Shown one piece after another: positions 55,896-64,000 of a stretch of 64,000 nucleotides of DNA. The stretch's first letter is position 1. Every line of letters starts with the position of its first letter. The notes below the pieces were generated by a model. That model saw only the letters and a list, made by a program, of their open reading frames with translations. It was not told the origin of the DNA and did not search any database. A program made the position numbers and the translations under genes. The stretch lies in assembly GCA_963733295.1 (NCBI GenBank), contig CAVTCS010000003.1, forward strand, positions 1,344,001 to 1,408,000. Direction: 5' to 3'. Origin of the DNA: Vulcanimicrobiota bacterium. GTDB lineage: Bacteria > Vulcanimicrobiota > Vulcanimicrobiia > Vulcanimicrobiales > Vulcanimicrobiaceae.

Positions 55896-56600
55896 TTAAT
55901 CTTGACCTTGGAGTAACGCGGGCAACTCGCTCAACGAATGGATGACGAAATCCGGCGGCTCGAGTTCCTGTGGATAACTCTTCCCTTCCCAATCGAACCA
56001 GACCGACTTCATTCCCAGCGCGCGCGATGCGGCGCAATCGATCGCGGGATCGTCGCCGACATACCACACGGCCGCGAGCGGTGCCCCGAAATGTTTTGCC
56101 AAGAACTCAAACGCTTCGCGCGACGGCTTTCGCAAGCCGATTCGCTCGCTGACGAAGACCGGGCCATCGAAGCCGACCAGCCGCGCCTTCTCCTCTTGCA
56201 GCGGGCTCCAACCGTTGGTCAGGATCGCGTAGGGTACGCCGTTGCTTTCGAGCGTCGCCAGCATTTCGTGCAGACCCGGCAGCGCTTCGACCGTTTGCGG
56301 CGCCAGCGCCAGCACGCGTTCCTCGAATTGCTCGGTTATGTCCGGCGCGCGGTCGCCGAGCTCGACGAAACGATCGAAGAAACCGGGCAGCACCGTTTCG
56401 ACCGGCAATCCGCCGGTGCGATACCGGTGCAGCATTTCGTCCACGGCCTCCTCGGCTTCCGTCGAGTCGTAGACGACGGCCTGCGCTTGCGCGAGCTCCC
56501 CTAGCATCGCAAGAGCGACGCGCCGCTCGAGCATGTTGTCGATACCGAGCGTGTGGTCGAGGTCGAAGCCGACGCAAAGCATCGGGGCCCCTTCGGCCAC
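55896..56600 (-). CDS. HAD family hydrolase
   Basis: FDLDHTL, LTNG, RKP, YVGDD..ID. Confidence 0.88.
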   Translation of the reverse strand: MAEGAPMLCVGFDLDHTLGIDNMLERRVALAMLGELAQAQAVVYDSTEAEEAVDEMLHRYRTGGLPVETVLPGFFDRFVELGDRAPDITEQFEERVLALAPQTVEALPGLHEMLATLESNGVPYAILTNGWSPLQEEKARLVGFDGPVFVSERIGLRKPSREAFEFLAKHFGAPLAAVWYVGDDPAIDCAASRALGMKSVWFDWEGKSYPQELEPPDFVIHSLSELPALLQGQD

Positions 56601-56625
56601 TCGATGCGACGCACCCGCGCGGAGT

Positions 56626-58722
56626 TCAGCTGCTGATGAGCGTCGCGCGGACGCTCGCATCCTCGTCGATCAGCTCGCGCAAGCCTGCATGCTCGCTGCG
56701 GACGAGCCCCGGGTCCCCGCCTACCAACTCGTCGGCGTCGGCCTTCGCGCGCATGTAGAGCGCGAAATCGCCGGCGACGCTTCCTAGGAGCGCGCCGCCG
56801 CCGGCCTGCGCGGTCCCGGCGAACTCGCCCTCCCCTCGTAAGCGTAAATCGGCCTCGGCGATCTCGAAACCGTCGGTGGTGCGCGAGAGGACCTCGAGGC
56901 GTTCGACGCTGCCGCGGTCGTCGGGCGCGATCAGCACGCAGTAGGATCGCGCGACGCCGCGCCCGACGCGCCCGCGCAGTTGATGCAGTTGTGCCAAGCC
57001 ATATCGATGCGCGTCGAGGATGACCATCAGCGAAGCGTTCGGGACGTCGACTCCAACCTCGACGACGGTCGTGGCCATGAGCACGTCGCTCTCGCCCCGC
57101 GTGAAAGCGGACATGACCGCTTCCTTCTCGCGCGACGGTAGCCGGCCGTGCAATAAGGCGACGCGCAAATCCGGGAAAACGTCGCGTCGCAAAACCTCGA
57201 GCTCTCCGAGCGCGCTCGTGAGCGCGGACTCGGACTCGTCGATCGCGGGCGCTACCACGTAGGCTTGACGGCCCGCCGCGACATTCTTCCGCACGAACTC
57301 GTAGGCGAGGAACTTGCGGCTTTCGCGCAGGACGAACGTTTCGATCGGCGTGCGTCCCGGCGGCAACTCGTCGATGACCGACAGGTCGAGATCGGCGTAC
57401 TTCGTCTGCGCCAGCGTGCGTGGAATCGGCGTGGCGGTCATATGCAACGTGTGCGGCGCGCGGCTCTTCGAGCGCAGCGCGGCTCGCTGGGCTACGCCGA
57501 AACGATGCTGCTCGTCGATGACCGCGAGCCCGAGGTCGGCAAATTCGACGTCCTCGACGATCAGCGCGTGGGTTCCGATCGCTAGATCGCACTCGCCACT
57601 CGCCAGACGGGCGCGCGTCCGCTCGCGTTCTCGCGCGCCGAGGCTTCCGAAGAGCGCATCGACGCGAATTCCGAAGGGCAGGAGCAGCGGCGCGAGTTTT
57701 GCGGCATGCTGCGCCGCCAAGATCTCGGTCGGCGCCATCAGCGCGCTCTGCACGCCGTTGCGCGCCGCGAGCACGATCGCGGCCGCAGCCACGAGAGTCT
57801 TGCCACTGCCGACATCGCCTTGCAACAAACGGTTCATCGGCGCGGTGCGCGCCATGTCCGTCCAGATCTGACGGATCACGCGGCGCTGCGCCGCGGTCAG
57901 CGAGAAGCTCAGCGCCGCCTCGAACGTCTCGAGCAGGCCGGCCGGCGCCACGAGCTGCGGCGCACCGCCCGCAGCGCTGCGGCGGGCGCGCTTCACTGCG
58001 GCGGCCAGCGCGATGCGAAAAAATTCCTCGAAGATCAGGCGCTCGGAGGCGCTCCGCGCTTCTTCGGGAGATTCCGGCCGATGCGCCGCGCGCCACGCTT
58101 CGCGCAGCGGTCCGTAACCGTGCTTTCGCAGCACTTCGTTCGGGATCGTCTCGCGCACGAGTGCGCCGAGCGGGTCGAAATTCCGTTCGATCGTAAGCGC
58201 GATCGCGCGCGAGGACAACTCCTTGGTCGCACGGTAAACGGGCACGACTCGCCCCGAAAACTCTTCCCCTTCGCGCAGAACGCGGTGCTCGAGGACGTTC
58301 AACTCCACGCCGAGCGCGCCGCGCGTCCGTTTGACCTGCGCGCGGCCGTGAACGAACACGCGATCGCCCGCTGCGAGTTTCCCGGCGAATCCGCGCCTCC
58401 CGAACCAGGTCGCTTTCAGGCGGCCCGAGTCGTCTTCCAACTCGGCCGACACGATGGAGATTCGTCCCCGGAATTCGCTCGTGCGCACGACGCGGCCGAT
58501 CCCGATCTCTTCGCTCGACTCAGTCTCGCCCGCGGCGGAGCGTGCCAGCGCGCGACGCACGATTTCGCCGAGCGGCGACGGGTTGCGCCAATCTTTGTAA
58601 TCGCGCGGGAAAGCGAAAGCGAGATCGAGCGGCGTCCGAATCTCGAGCGCGGCCAACTTCCGGGCGAGTTCGGGACCGACGCCACGCAGCTCGAGCAGCG
58701 TTAGCGAAGCGGTCGCCGTTAC
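56626..58722 (-). CDS. recG: ATP-dependent DNA helicase RecG; start codon non-canonical or uncertain
   Basis: LRGVGP, QGDVGSGKT, DEQHRFGV, MTATPIPR, QLHQLRGRVGR, DGFEIAE.DL.LRG.G. Confidence 0.95.
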   Translation of the reverse strand, partial: VTATASLTLLELRGVGPELARKLAALEIRTPLDLAFAFPRDYKDWRNPSPLGEIVRRALARSAAGETESSEEIGIGRVVRTSEFRGRISIVSAELEDDSGRLKATWFGRRGFAGKLAAGDRVFVHGRAQVKRTRGALGVELNVLEHRVLREGEEFSGRVVPVYRATKELSSRAIALTIERNFDPLGALVRETIPNEVLRKHGYGPLREAWRAAHRPESPEEARSASERLIFEEFFRIALAAAVKRARRSAAGGAPQLVAPAGLLETFEAALSFSLTAAQRRVIRQIWTDMARTAPMNRLLQGDVGSGKTLVAAAAIVLAARNGVQSALMAPTEILAAQHAAKLAPLLLPFGIRVDALFGSLGARERERTRARLASGECDLAIGTHALIVEDVEFADLGLAVIDEQHRFGVAQRAALRSKSRAPHTLHMTATPIPRTLAQTKYADLDLSVIDELPPGRTPIETFVLRESRKFLAYEFVRKNVAAGRQAYVVAPAIDESESALTSALGELEVLRRDVFPDLRVALLHGRLPSREKEAVMSAFTRGESDVLMATTVVEVGVDVPNASLMVILDAHRYGLAQLHQLRGRVGRGVARSYCVLIAPDDRGSVERLEVLSRTTDGFEIAEADLRLRGEGEFAGTAQAGGGALLGSVAGDFALYMRAKADADELVGGDPGLVRSEHAGLRELIDEDASVRATLISS

Positions 58723-59348
58723 TCCGCGCGCCGTAACAGTTCCCGGCCTACATCGTCCAGCGCGACGCCGCGTTCTTCCAGAAGGACGAGCGTATGATAG
58801 AGGAGATCCGCGACTTCCCAGGCGATCTCGCCCGGCTTGCCGTTCTTCGCGGCGATCACGACCTCCGTCGCTTCCTCGCCGATCTTCTTGCCGATTCGAT
58901 CGACGCCGTCGCGCAAGAGGGCTGCCGTATAACTCGTTTCCGGCGAGGCGCTGCGGCGAGCCGCGATCGTGTTGCGCAAATGCTCGAGCGCGCGGGTGAA
59001 TTCGCCGGACGTATCTGCTTCCGGCCCGTCTAGCAGCGATCCGCTCTCGAAGCACGATGCCGCACCGGTGTGGCACGCCGGTCCGCTCGGGACCACGCGA
59101 TAGAGCAAAGCATCGCTATCGCAGTCGTAGGCGACCTGCGCGACCTGCTGGGTGTAGCCCGACGTTTCACCCTTTTTCCAGAGCCTCGCGCGAGAGCGGC
59201 TATAAAGGTAGGTCGTGCGCTCCGCGATGGTTCGCTCGAGCGCTTCGCGGTTCGCGTAGGCCAGCGTCAGCACGGTGCCGTTGCGAGCGTCTTGGATCAC
59301 GACCGGCAGGAGGCCGTCGCGACCCCAGGCCAGATCATCGATCGACAT
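58719..59348 (-). CDS. hisIE: Bifunctional phosphoribosyl-AMP cyclohydrolase/phosphoribosyl-ATP diphosphatase
   Basis: [39 protein letters not shown]. Confidence 0.95.
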   Translation of the reverse strand: MSIDDLAWGRDGLLPVVIQDARNGTVLTLAYANREALERTIAERTTYLYSRSRARLWKKGETSGYTQQVAQVAYDCDSDALLYRVVPSGPACHTGAASCFESGSLLDGPEADTSGEFTRALEHLRNTIAARRSASPETSYTAALLRDGVDRIGKKIGEEATEVVIAAKNGKPGEIAWEVADLLYHTLVLLEERGVALDDVGRELLRRAE

Positions 59349-60123
59349 GAGCCGGTGCTACGAGGGGACGCACGCGAATTCCGCGTTTCGCCAGCTCGCT
59401 CTTGAGCGTGCCGATGTCCAGCTCGCCGAAATGAAAGAGCGACGCCGCGAGCGCGGCATCCGCTTCGGCTTCGCCAAAGACCGCTGCGAAGTCCGCGGCG
59501 CTGCCGGCTCCTCCCGAGGCGATGACCGGTACGTCGACCACCTCGCGAACGCTGCGCGTCAAATCCAAATCGAAACCGGACCTCGTGCCGTCACGATCGA
59601 TGCTCGTCACGAGGATCTCCCCTGCTCCGAGATCCGCGGCTTCGCGCGCCCAAGAGACGGCGTCGAGCCCGGTCGGCCGCCGGCCGCCGTCGATGTAGAC
59701 TTCCCAACGCTCGCGTTCCGCGTCGCGCTTCGCGTCGATCGCCAGCACGAGGCACTGGCTTCCGAACTCCGCGGCTGCTTCCCGCAGTATCAGCGGAGCG
59801 CGCACCGCCGCGCTGTTGATCGAAACCTTGTCGCATCCGGCACGCAGCAATTCGCGCACGTCCTCGGCGTTTCGGACGCCGCCCCCGACCGAAAACGGGA
59901 TCGTCAGTTCGGCCGCAACCGCGCGCACGAGTTCGAGCAGCGCGCGGCGTCCCTCGACCGTCGCCATGATATCGAGAAAGACCAGCTCGTCCGCGCCGCT
60001 CGCTTCGTAGCGGCGCGCCAGTTCGACGGCGTCGCCGGCGTCGGCTAGGTCGACGAAACGCACGCCCTTGACGACTCTGCCGGCCCGCACGTCGAGACAC
60101 GGAATGATCCGCCGGGCGAGAAC
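59335..60123 (-). CDS. hisF: Imidazole glycerol phosphate synthase cyclase subunit; GTT start proposed
   Basis: (V)[47 protein letters not shown]. Confidence 0.94.
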   Translation of the reverse strand, partial: VLARRIIPCLDVRAGRVVKGVRFVDLADAGDAVELARRYEASGADELVFLDIMATVEGRRALLELVRAVAAELTIPFSVGGGVRNAEDVRELLRAGCDKVSINSAAVRAPLILREAAAEFGSQCLVLAIDAKRDAERERWEVYIDGGRRPTGLDAVSWAREAADLGAGEILVTSIDRDGTRSGFDLDLTRSVREVVDVPVIASGGAGSAADFAAVFGEAEADAALAASLFHFGELDIGTLKSELAKRGIRVRPLVAPAHVDR

Positions 60124-60156
60124 GTCAGCCCTCGCTTCCGCGGAGAGGTAACGGAC

Positions 60157-60231
60157 TGGAGGCGACGCCCAGATTCGAACTGGGGAATGGAGCTTTTGCA
60201 GAGCTCTGCCTTACCACTTGGCTACGTCGCC
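60157..60231 (-). tRNA. tRNA-Cys (GCA)
   Basis: GGCGACG/CGTCGCC acceptor stem, GAGCT-CTGCAAA-AGCTC anticodon arm, GTTCGAATC T-loop, encoded CCA. Confidence 0.96.
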
Positions 60232-60239
60232 GATCCGTG

Positions 60240-60310
60240 AGCGGGTGGCGGGAATCGAACCCGCGCGTCAACCTTGGGAAGGTCGCAGGCTACCATTACA
60301 TCACACCCGC
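60240..60310 (-). tRNA. tRNA-Gly (CCC)
   Basis: GCGGGTG/CACCCGC acceptor stem, TT-CCC-AA loop, GTTCGATTC; CCA not encoded. Confidence 0.94.
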
Positions 60311-60411
60311 CCGCTGCACGCCGAGGGGTCGGGGTTCTCGCCTAGCGCGAAGCCTCCCCCCTCCGGCGAAACACCGGAACTCTGGCAATTAGAACGGCGT
60401 TCTGGACCGTA

Positions 60412-61023
60412 ATGAAGCATTCGCTCTTTCAAGCCGCAGTGACGCTGCTGCTGCTTACGCTCTCGCTGCGCGCCGCGCCACTCGCCGCGCAGCCCGCCGC
60501 AGCGGTTTTCGCGATCGATCCCGGGCATTCGAGCGCGGAGTTCAAAGTGCAGCACCTCGTCGTCTCGAACGTCCGCGGAACGATCCCGATTACCGAGGGA
60601 ATCGTGAACATCGTGCCCGGCGCAACGCTCCCGAACAGCATCAGCGCGACGCTCGACGCGAGCGGACTCAACACCCAGAATACCGACCGCGACAGCGACC
60701 TGCGGAGTCCCGATTGGTTCGACGTGTCCAAGTACCCGACGATCGTTTTTAAGAGTACCAAGGTTGCAGCCGGCAGTTCGGGCGATTTCAAGGTGACCGG
60801 TGACCTCACGCTGCACGGTGTAACGAAGAGCGTCGTCTTGGACTGCAGCACGGTGGGTACGACGGTCGATGGGCGCGGACATCGCAGGATCGGCTTTTCG
60901 GCGACCACGGCGCTCGACCGCCGCGACTTTGGGATGAACTTCATGAAGGCGACGCCTGGTGGAAACTTGATCGCGGGCACGAGCGTCGCGATCTCGCTCG
61001 AGATCGAGGTCGTCGAGCGCTGA
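60412..61023 (+). CDS. YceI family exported lipid/polyisoprenoid-binding protein
   Basis: IDPGHS..FKVQH, RDSDLRS.DWFDV.KYP, GDLTLHGVTK, RRDFG. Confidence 0.92.
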   Translation: MKHSLFQAAVTLLLLTLSLRAAPLAAQPAAAVFAIDPGHSSAEFKVQHLVVSNVRGTIPITEGIVNIVPGATLPNSISATLDASGLNTQNTDRDSDLRSPDWFDVSKYPTIVFKSTKVAAGSSGDFKVTGDLTLHGVTKSVVLDCSTVGTTVDGRGHRRIGFSATTALDRRDFGMNFMKATPGGNLIAGTSVAISLEIEVVER

Positions 61024-61676
61024 ACGCGACCCCTTGGACCGCGCTTCTGCGAGCCGTCGCGTGTGCGGCGGCCTTTAGCGTCGCACTGCAGGCGGTCGCG
61101 GTGGGCGACGAACCGGCCGCTCCGCCGGGAGCGCCGACCCCGATTCCGATCGTCGTGTCGCCGCCGGCGCTGGTACTGGCGCCCGGCGACGTCGCCCGAG
61201 CGGCCGTCCGCGCGCCTGCCGGAGGGGCATTCGGCATACTGAGCGACGGTTGCGCCGGCATTGCGGTTCCGGTCGCGCTGCCCGACGCTCTCAAGGTCAA
61301 CGGCCTCGCTCCGGGTCGCTGCACGATAACGCTGACGGCCGCGGGCGGAGTGATCGCGCGGGTCGCCGTCGAGGTCGGAACGACCTTGGGGCCCATCGCT
61401 CTCGCCGGAGCGAGGACGCCCGTCGAGTTGAGCCGCGCCGGCGCGATCCTGGCCCACGGGACCGCGGTGACCGTTCATGTTTCCCAGGGCCCCTACGCCG
61501 GGCCGTTTTCCGTCGACGGTAACTGCAAAGGAATTGCGGCGATCACGGGACTCGGGAACTGGCTGACCGTCGTCGCGCTCGAGCCGGGGACGTGCGCCGC
61601 GCAAATCGTCGGCTTGGCGGGCCGGAGGGCGGCGTTCGCGATCACCGTGGAACCCTCTCCGGAAGTGAGACCCTAA
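61020..61676 (+). CDS. Secreted protein with two Cys-containing Ig-like repeats; CTG start proposed
   Basis: A signal-like segment exists only if translation starts at CTG 61020; repeats C.GIA....L...L.V..L.PG.C. Confidence 0.6.
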   Translation: MNATPWTALLRAVACAAAFSVALQAVAVGDEPAAPPGAPTPIPIVVSPPALVLAPGDVARAAVRAPAGGAFGILSDGCAGIAVPVALPDALKVNGLAPGRCTITLTAAGGVIARVAVEVGTTLGPIALAGARTPVELSRAGAILAHGTAVTVHVSQGPYAGPFSVDGNCKGIAAITGLGNWLTVVALEPGTCAAQIVGLAGRRAAFAITVEPSPEVRP

Positions 61677-61702
61677 GGGTCTCCAACGCCTACTACAGTG
61701 CC

Positions 61703-62227
61703 TTAACTTTCGCCCGGGTCGAATCCGCGCGCGAGTTTATCGAGCAGCGCGACCAGCTGCCGCTTCTCCGATTGCGTCAGCGATTTCGTTGCGGCTTTGC
61801 TTCGTCCGAAGTATCCGGGGAGCATCGAATTCAAAATGCGCTTGCCCGCTCGTGCGAGCGAGATGTACGAAACGCGGCGGTCCTCGGTGCTGGCGCGGCG
61901 TTCGATATAGCCGTCGCGCTCGAGACCGGCCACGAGACCCGTCACGTTGGCTTGAGTCGTTCCGAGATAGCGGCGGAGGTCGGAGAGGGAGATGGGTTTC
62001 CCCTCAGCCTGCAAAACGATCAGGACACCGAATTTCTGGGGCGTGAGGTCGGCATCCAAGAACCAGGAGCCCAGCGCGTTTTCGACGTGCTGGGCGGCGA
62101 TGCGCAAGGTTAGGATAGCTCGCATCGAAGCTGCATCGAATTCGGGATAGCGCTTGCGATGGCCGCTAAAGTGGTACTCGGGCCAGCCGACGGACTCTTC
62201 TCCCGCGCTATTGTCGCCGTCTCTCAT
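61703..62227 (-). CDS. MarR family transcriptional regulator
   Basis: LTPQKFGVL, VTGLV.GLE.DGYIER....DRR...ISL...G. Confidence 0.9.
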   Translation of the reverse strand: MRDGDNSAGEESVGWPEYHFSGHRKRYPEFDAASMRAILTLRIAAQHVENALGSWFLDADLTPQKFGVLIVLQAEGKPISLSDLRRYLGTTQANVTGLVAGLERDGYIERRASTEDRRVSYISLARAGKRILNSMLPGYFGRSKAATKSLTQSEKRQLVALLDKLARGFDPGES

Positions 62228-62285
62228 GCAGGTATGCTATCACACGCGGCGACTGAGCGTCGCTTACATTATTAAGGAGTTTAGG

Positions 62286-62855
62286 GTGAAGGAATTTTTC
62301 TTGGCACTGGGTATGGCCGCCGCGCTCGTAGCACCCGCCCTTCCGTCGAAGGCCGACCAAACGGCGACGGTCATCAAGAAGGGCACCGAGATCGACGGCG
62401 TGCTGATGCAGACGCTCAGTTCGAAGACGAATCACGACGGCGACAAATTCACACTTTCGCCGAAAGACGGCTTCTGGCACAAGAATCCGCCTCAGCTCAA
62501 AGGCGGCACGATCGAAGGCCACTTGGAAAACGTAACCCCGGCCGGTCCCACGCACAAAGCAACGATGACGGTGATCGTCGACGACGTCCGCCTTGCCGAC
62601 GGTCACACCGTGCCCCTGCCTGTTAAGCTCGTCTCGTTCACCGTGTTCGAACCGGCAACGCACCACATTCGCGACGCCGGCATCATCATCGGCGGGGCCG
62701 TCGCCGGACATATGATGGCGGGCAAGAGTCACGGCGGTCTAGCCGGCGCCGCGGCCGGGGTCGCGCTGGTCTCCACGCTCAAGAGCGATATCATCGCCAA
62801 AGCTGGTACGGTCGTCAAACTCAAGCTAACGGAAAATCTCGACACTGCTGCTTAG
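62286..62855 (+). CDS. Exported protein with a glycine-zipper-like C-terminal segment
   Basis: AAGGAG RBS, signal peptide, IGGAVAG....GGLAGAAAG. Confidence 0.72.
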   Translation: MKEFFLALGMAAALVAPALPSKADQTATVIKKGTEIDGVLMQTLSSKTNHDGDKFTLSPKDGFWHKNPPQLKGGTIEGHLENVTPAGPTHKATMTVIVDDVRLADGHTVPLPVKLVSFTVFEPATHHIRDAGIIIGGAVAGHMMAGKSHGGLAGAAAGVALVSTLKSDIIAKAGTVVKLKLTENLDTAA

Positions 62856-62895
62856 TCCGTGAGCTAGTCAGCGCTCTGGCATTAGAGGAGATCGA

Positions 62896-63048
62896 ATGGC
62901 CTTCAAAGTCACTTGCCCGCTGTGCGGCGAAGTTCTCATCGCCGGCGACGAAGATGCCCTGGTCGTAGCGGCTGATGCACACGGCGACGACAAACACGGC
63001 ATGCGAGCGCCACGCGAAATGATTCTCTCCAACGCCGAGGAGTACTAG
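62896..63048 (+). CDS. DUF1059-like small metal-binding protein (50 aa), not in the ORF track
   Basis: AGAGGAG RBS; MAFKVTCPLCGEVLIAGDEDALVVAADAHGDDKHGMRAPREMILSNAEEY*. Confidence 0.75.
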   Translation: MAFKVTCPLCGEVLIAGDEDALVVAADAHGDDKHGMRAPREMILSNAEEY

Positions 63049-63072
63049 GCCGGCGCTCGCCCGGTATCTCGC

Positions 63073-64000
63073 ATGAGCACCGCGCAGTTTCCGGACGAAC
63101 AACTCGACGGCGCATTCGTGCGCCAAGCCGACGCCTTCACCGGCTGGGTCAAGGCCGACGCGAATTCAGAATTTCCCGCCGAATCCGGGCGTTACCACCT
63201 GTACGTTTCGTTCGCGTGTCCGTGGGCGCATCGCACGATCATCGTACGGATGCTCAAAGGCCTCGAAGAAGCCATCGGCATGACGGTCGTCGATCCGATT
63301 CGGGACGATCTCGGCTGGGCGTTTCGCGAAGGTCCGGGCTCCTCGAGCGACCCGGTCAACGGCTTCCGCTATCTGTCCGAAGCCTACCGCGACACGGATC
63401 CGAACTACGTGGGTCGAGTGACCGTGCCGGTCCTTTGGGACAAGAAGACGAGTCGCATCGTCAGCAACAACGACGACGATATCATGCGGATGCTCGAAAT
63501 CGAGTTCGACGCCTTCGCGAAGCGCGACATCGACCTCTTCCCCCGTGTGCTGGCTGGGCAAATCGACGCCCTCAACGCAACGATTTACGAGGCCGTCAAC
63601 AACGGCGTCTACCGCGCCGGCTTCGCGACCTCGCAACGCGTCTACGAAGCGGCGGCCTATCGGGTTTTCGAGGAACTCGACCGCCTGGAAGCCCGTTTAG
63701 GCTCGAGCCGCTTCCTGTTCGGTGCCTCGCCCGTGGAAACCGATTGGCGCCTGTTCGTCACGCTGATTCGGTTCGACGCGGTGTACGTGGGGCATTTCAA
63801 GTGTAACCTGCGACGCATCGTCGACTATCCGAATTTGTGGGGCTACTTGCGCGACCTTTACCAATTCCGCAACGTGGGTGACACGGTCAACCTCGATCAC
63901 ATCAAACGTCATTACTACGTCACTCACGACGACATCAACCCGACACGCATCGTACCGGTCGGTCCGGAGCTCGACCTCTCGTCGCCGCACGGTCGGGAAG
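63073..64000 (+). CDS. Glutathionyl-hydroquinone reductase (YqjG/ECM4-type GST), runs off the window end
   Basis: GRYHLYVSFACPWAHR, VTVPVLWDKK, VNNGVYRAGFA, DWRLFVTLIRFDAVY..HFKCN, HIKRHYY. Confidence 0.92.
   Translation, partial: MSTAQFPDEQLDGAFVRQADAFTGWVKADANSEFPAESGRYHLYVSFACPWAHRTIIVRMLKGLEEAIGMTVVDPIRDDLGWAFREGPGSSSDPVNGFRYLSEAYRDTDPNYVGRVTVPVLWDKKTSRIVSNNDDDIMRMLEIEFDAFAKRDIDLFPRVLAGQIDALNATIYEAVNNGVYRAGFATSQRVYEAAAYRVFEELDRLEARLGSSRFLFGASPVETDWRLFVTLIRFDAVYVGHFKCNLRRIVDYPNLWGYLRDLYQFRNVGDTVNLDHIKRHYYVTHDDINPTRIVPVGPELDLSSPHGRE

Noticed and set aside
56501..56629. CTGAAC after the recG stop as the start of the HAD gene
   Set aside because: That CTG is in a different frame from the HAD ORF, which has its own GTG and ATG.
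60157..64000. Island integrated at tRNA-Gly or tRNA-Cys
   Set aside because: No integrase and no duplicated tRNA 3' end seen; core genes lie directly 3' of the tRNAs.

Overview
A GC-rich, densely coding bacterial chromosome window with about 70 genes. It is mostly housekeeping: rpsB-tsf-pyrH-frr-uppS-cdsA-dxr-rseP-ispG, proS, hisF-hisIE-recG-rsmD-coaD, moaD/moaE/moeB, queG, nadE-cinA, phoU, csrA, and tRNA-Gly(CCC)/tRNA-Cys(GCA). The gene mix suggests a Terrabacteria lineage such as Eremiobacterota, which is inference only. No transposase, integrase, prophage or CRISPR array is visible. The main signals are: (1) a translationally coupled metY-like / CoA-binding / LuxE-like / LuxC-like / class-III aminotransferase / Gfo-Idh-MocA operon without luxAB or luxD, a candidate acid-to-aldehyde-to-amine pathway; (2) several genes whose conserved N-termini have no ATG/GTG/TTG and appear to start at CTG, GTA or GTT, mostly overlapping the upstream stop codon; (3) a ~113-bp multi-hairpin repeat present twice, both copies ending in TCAA; (4) a degenerate photolyase-like gene downstream of an ECF sigma/anti-sigma/cytochrome c block; (5) an orphan ATP-grasp-like ligase facing a 43-aa hydrophobic peptide; (6) apparent small frameshifts in uppS and moaE; (7) small ORFs missed by the ORF track. 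Family assignments come from motif recognition, not database searches.
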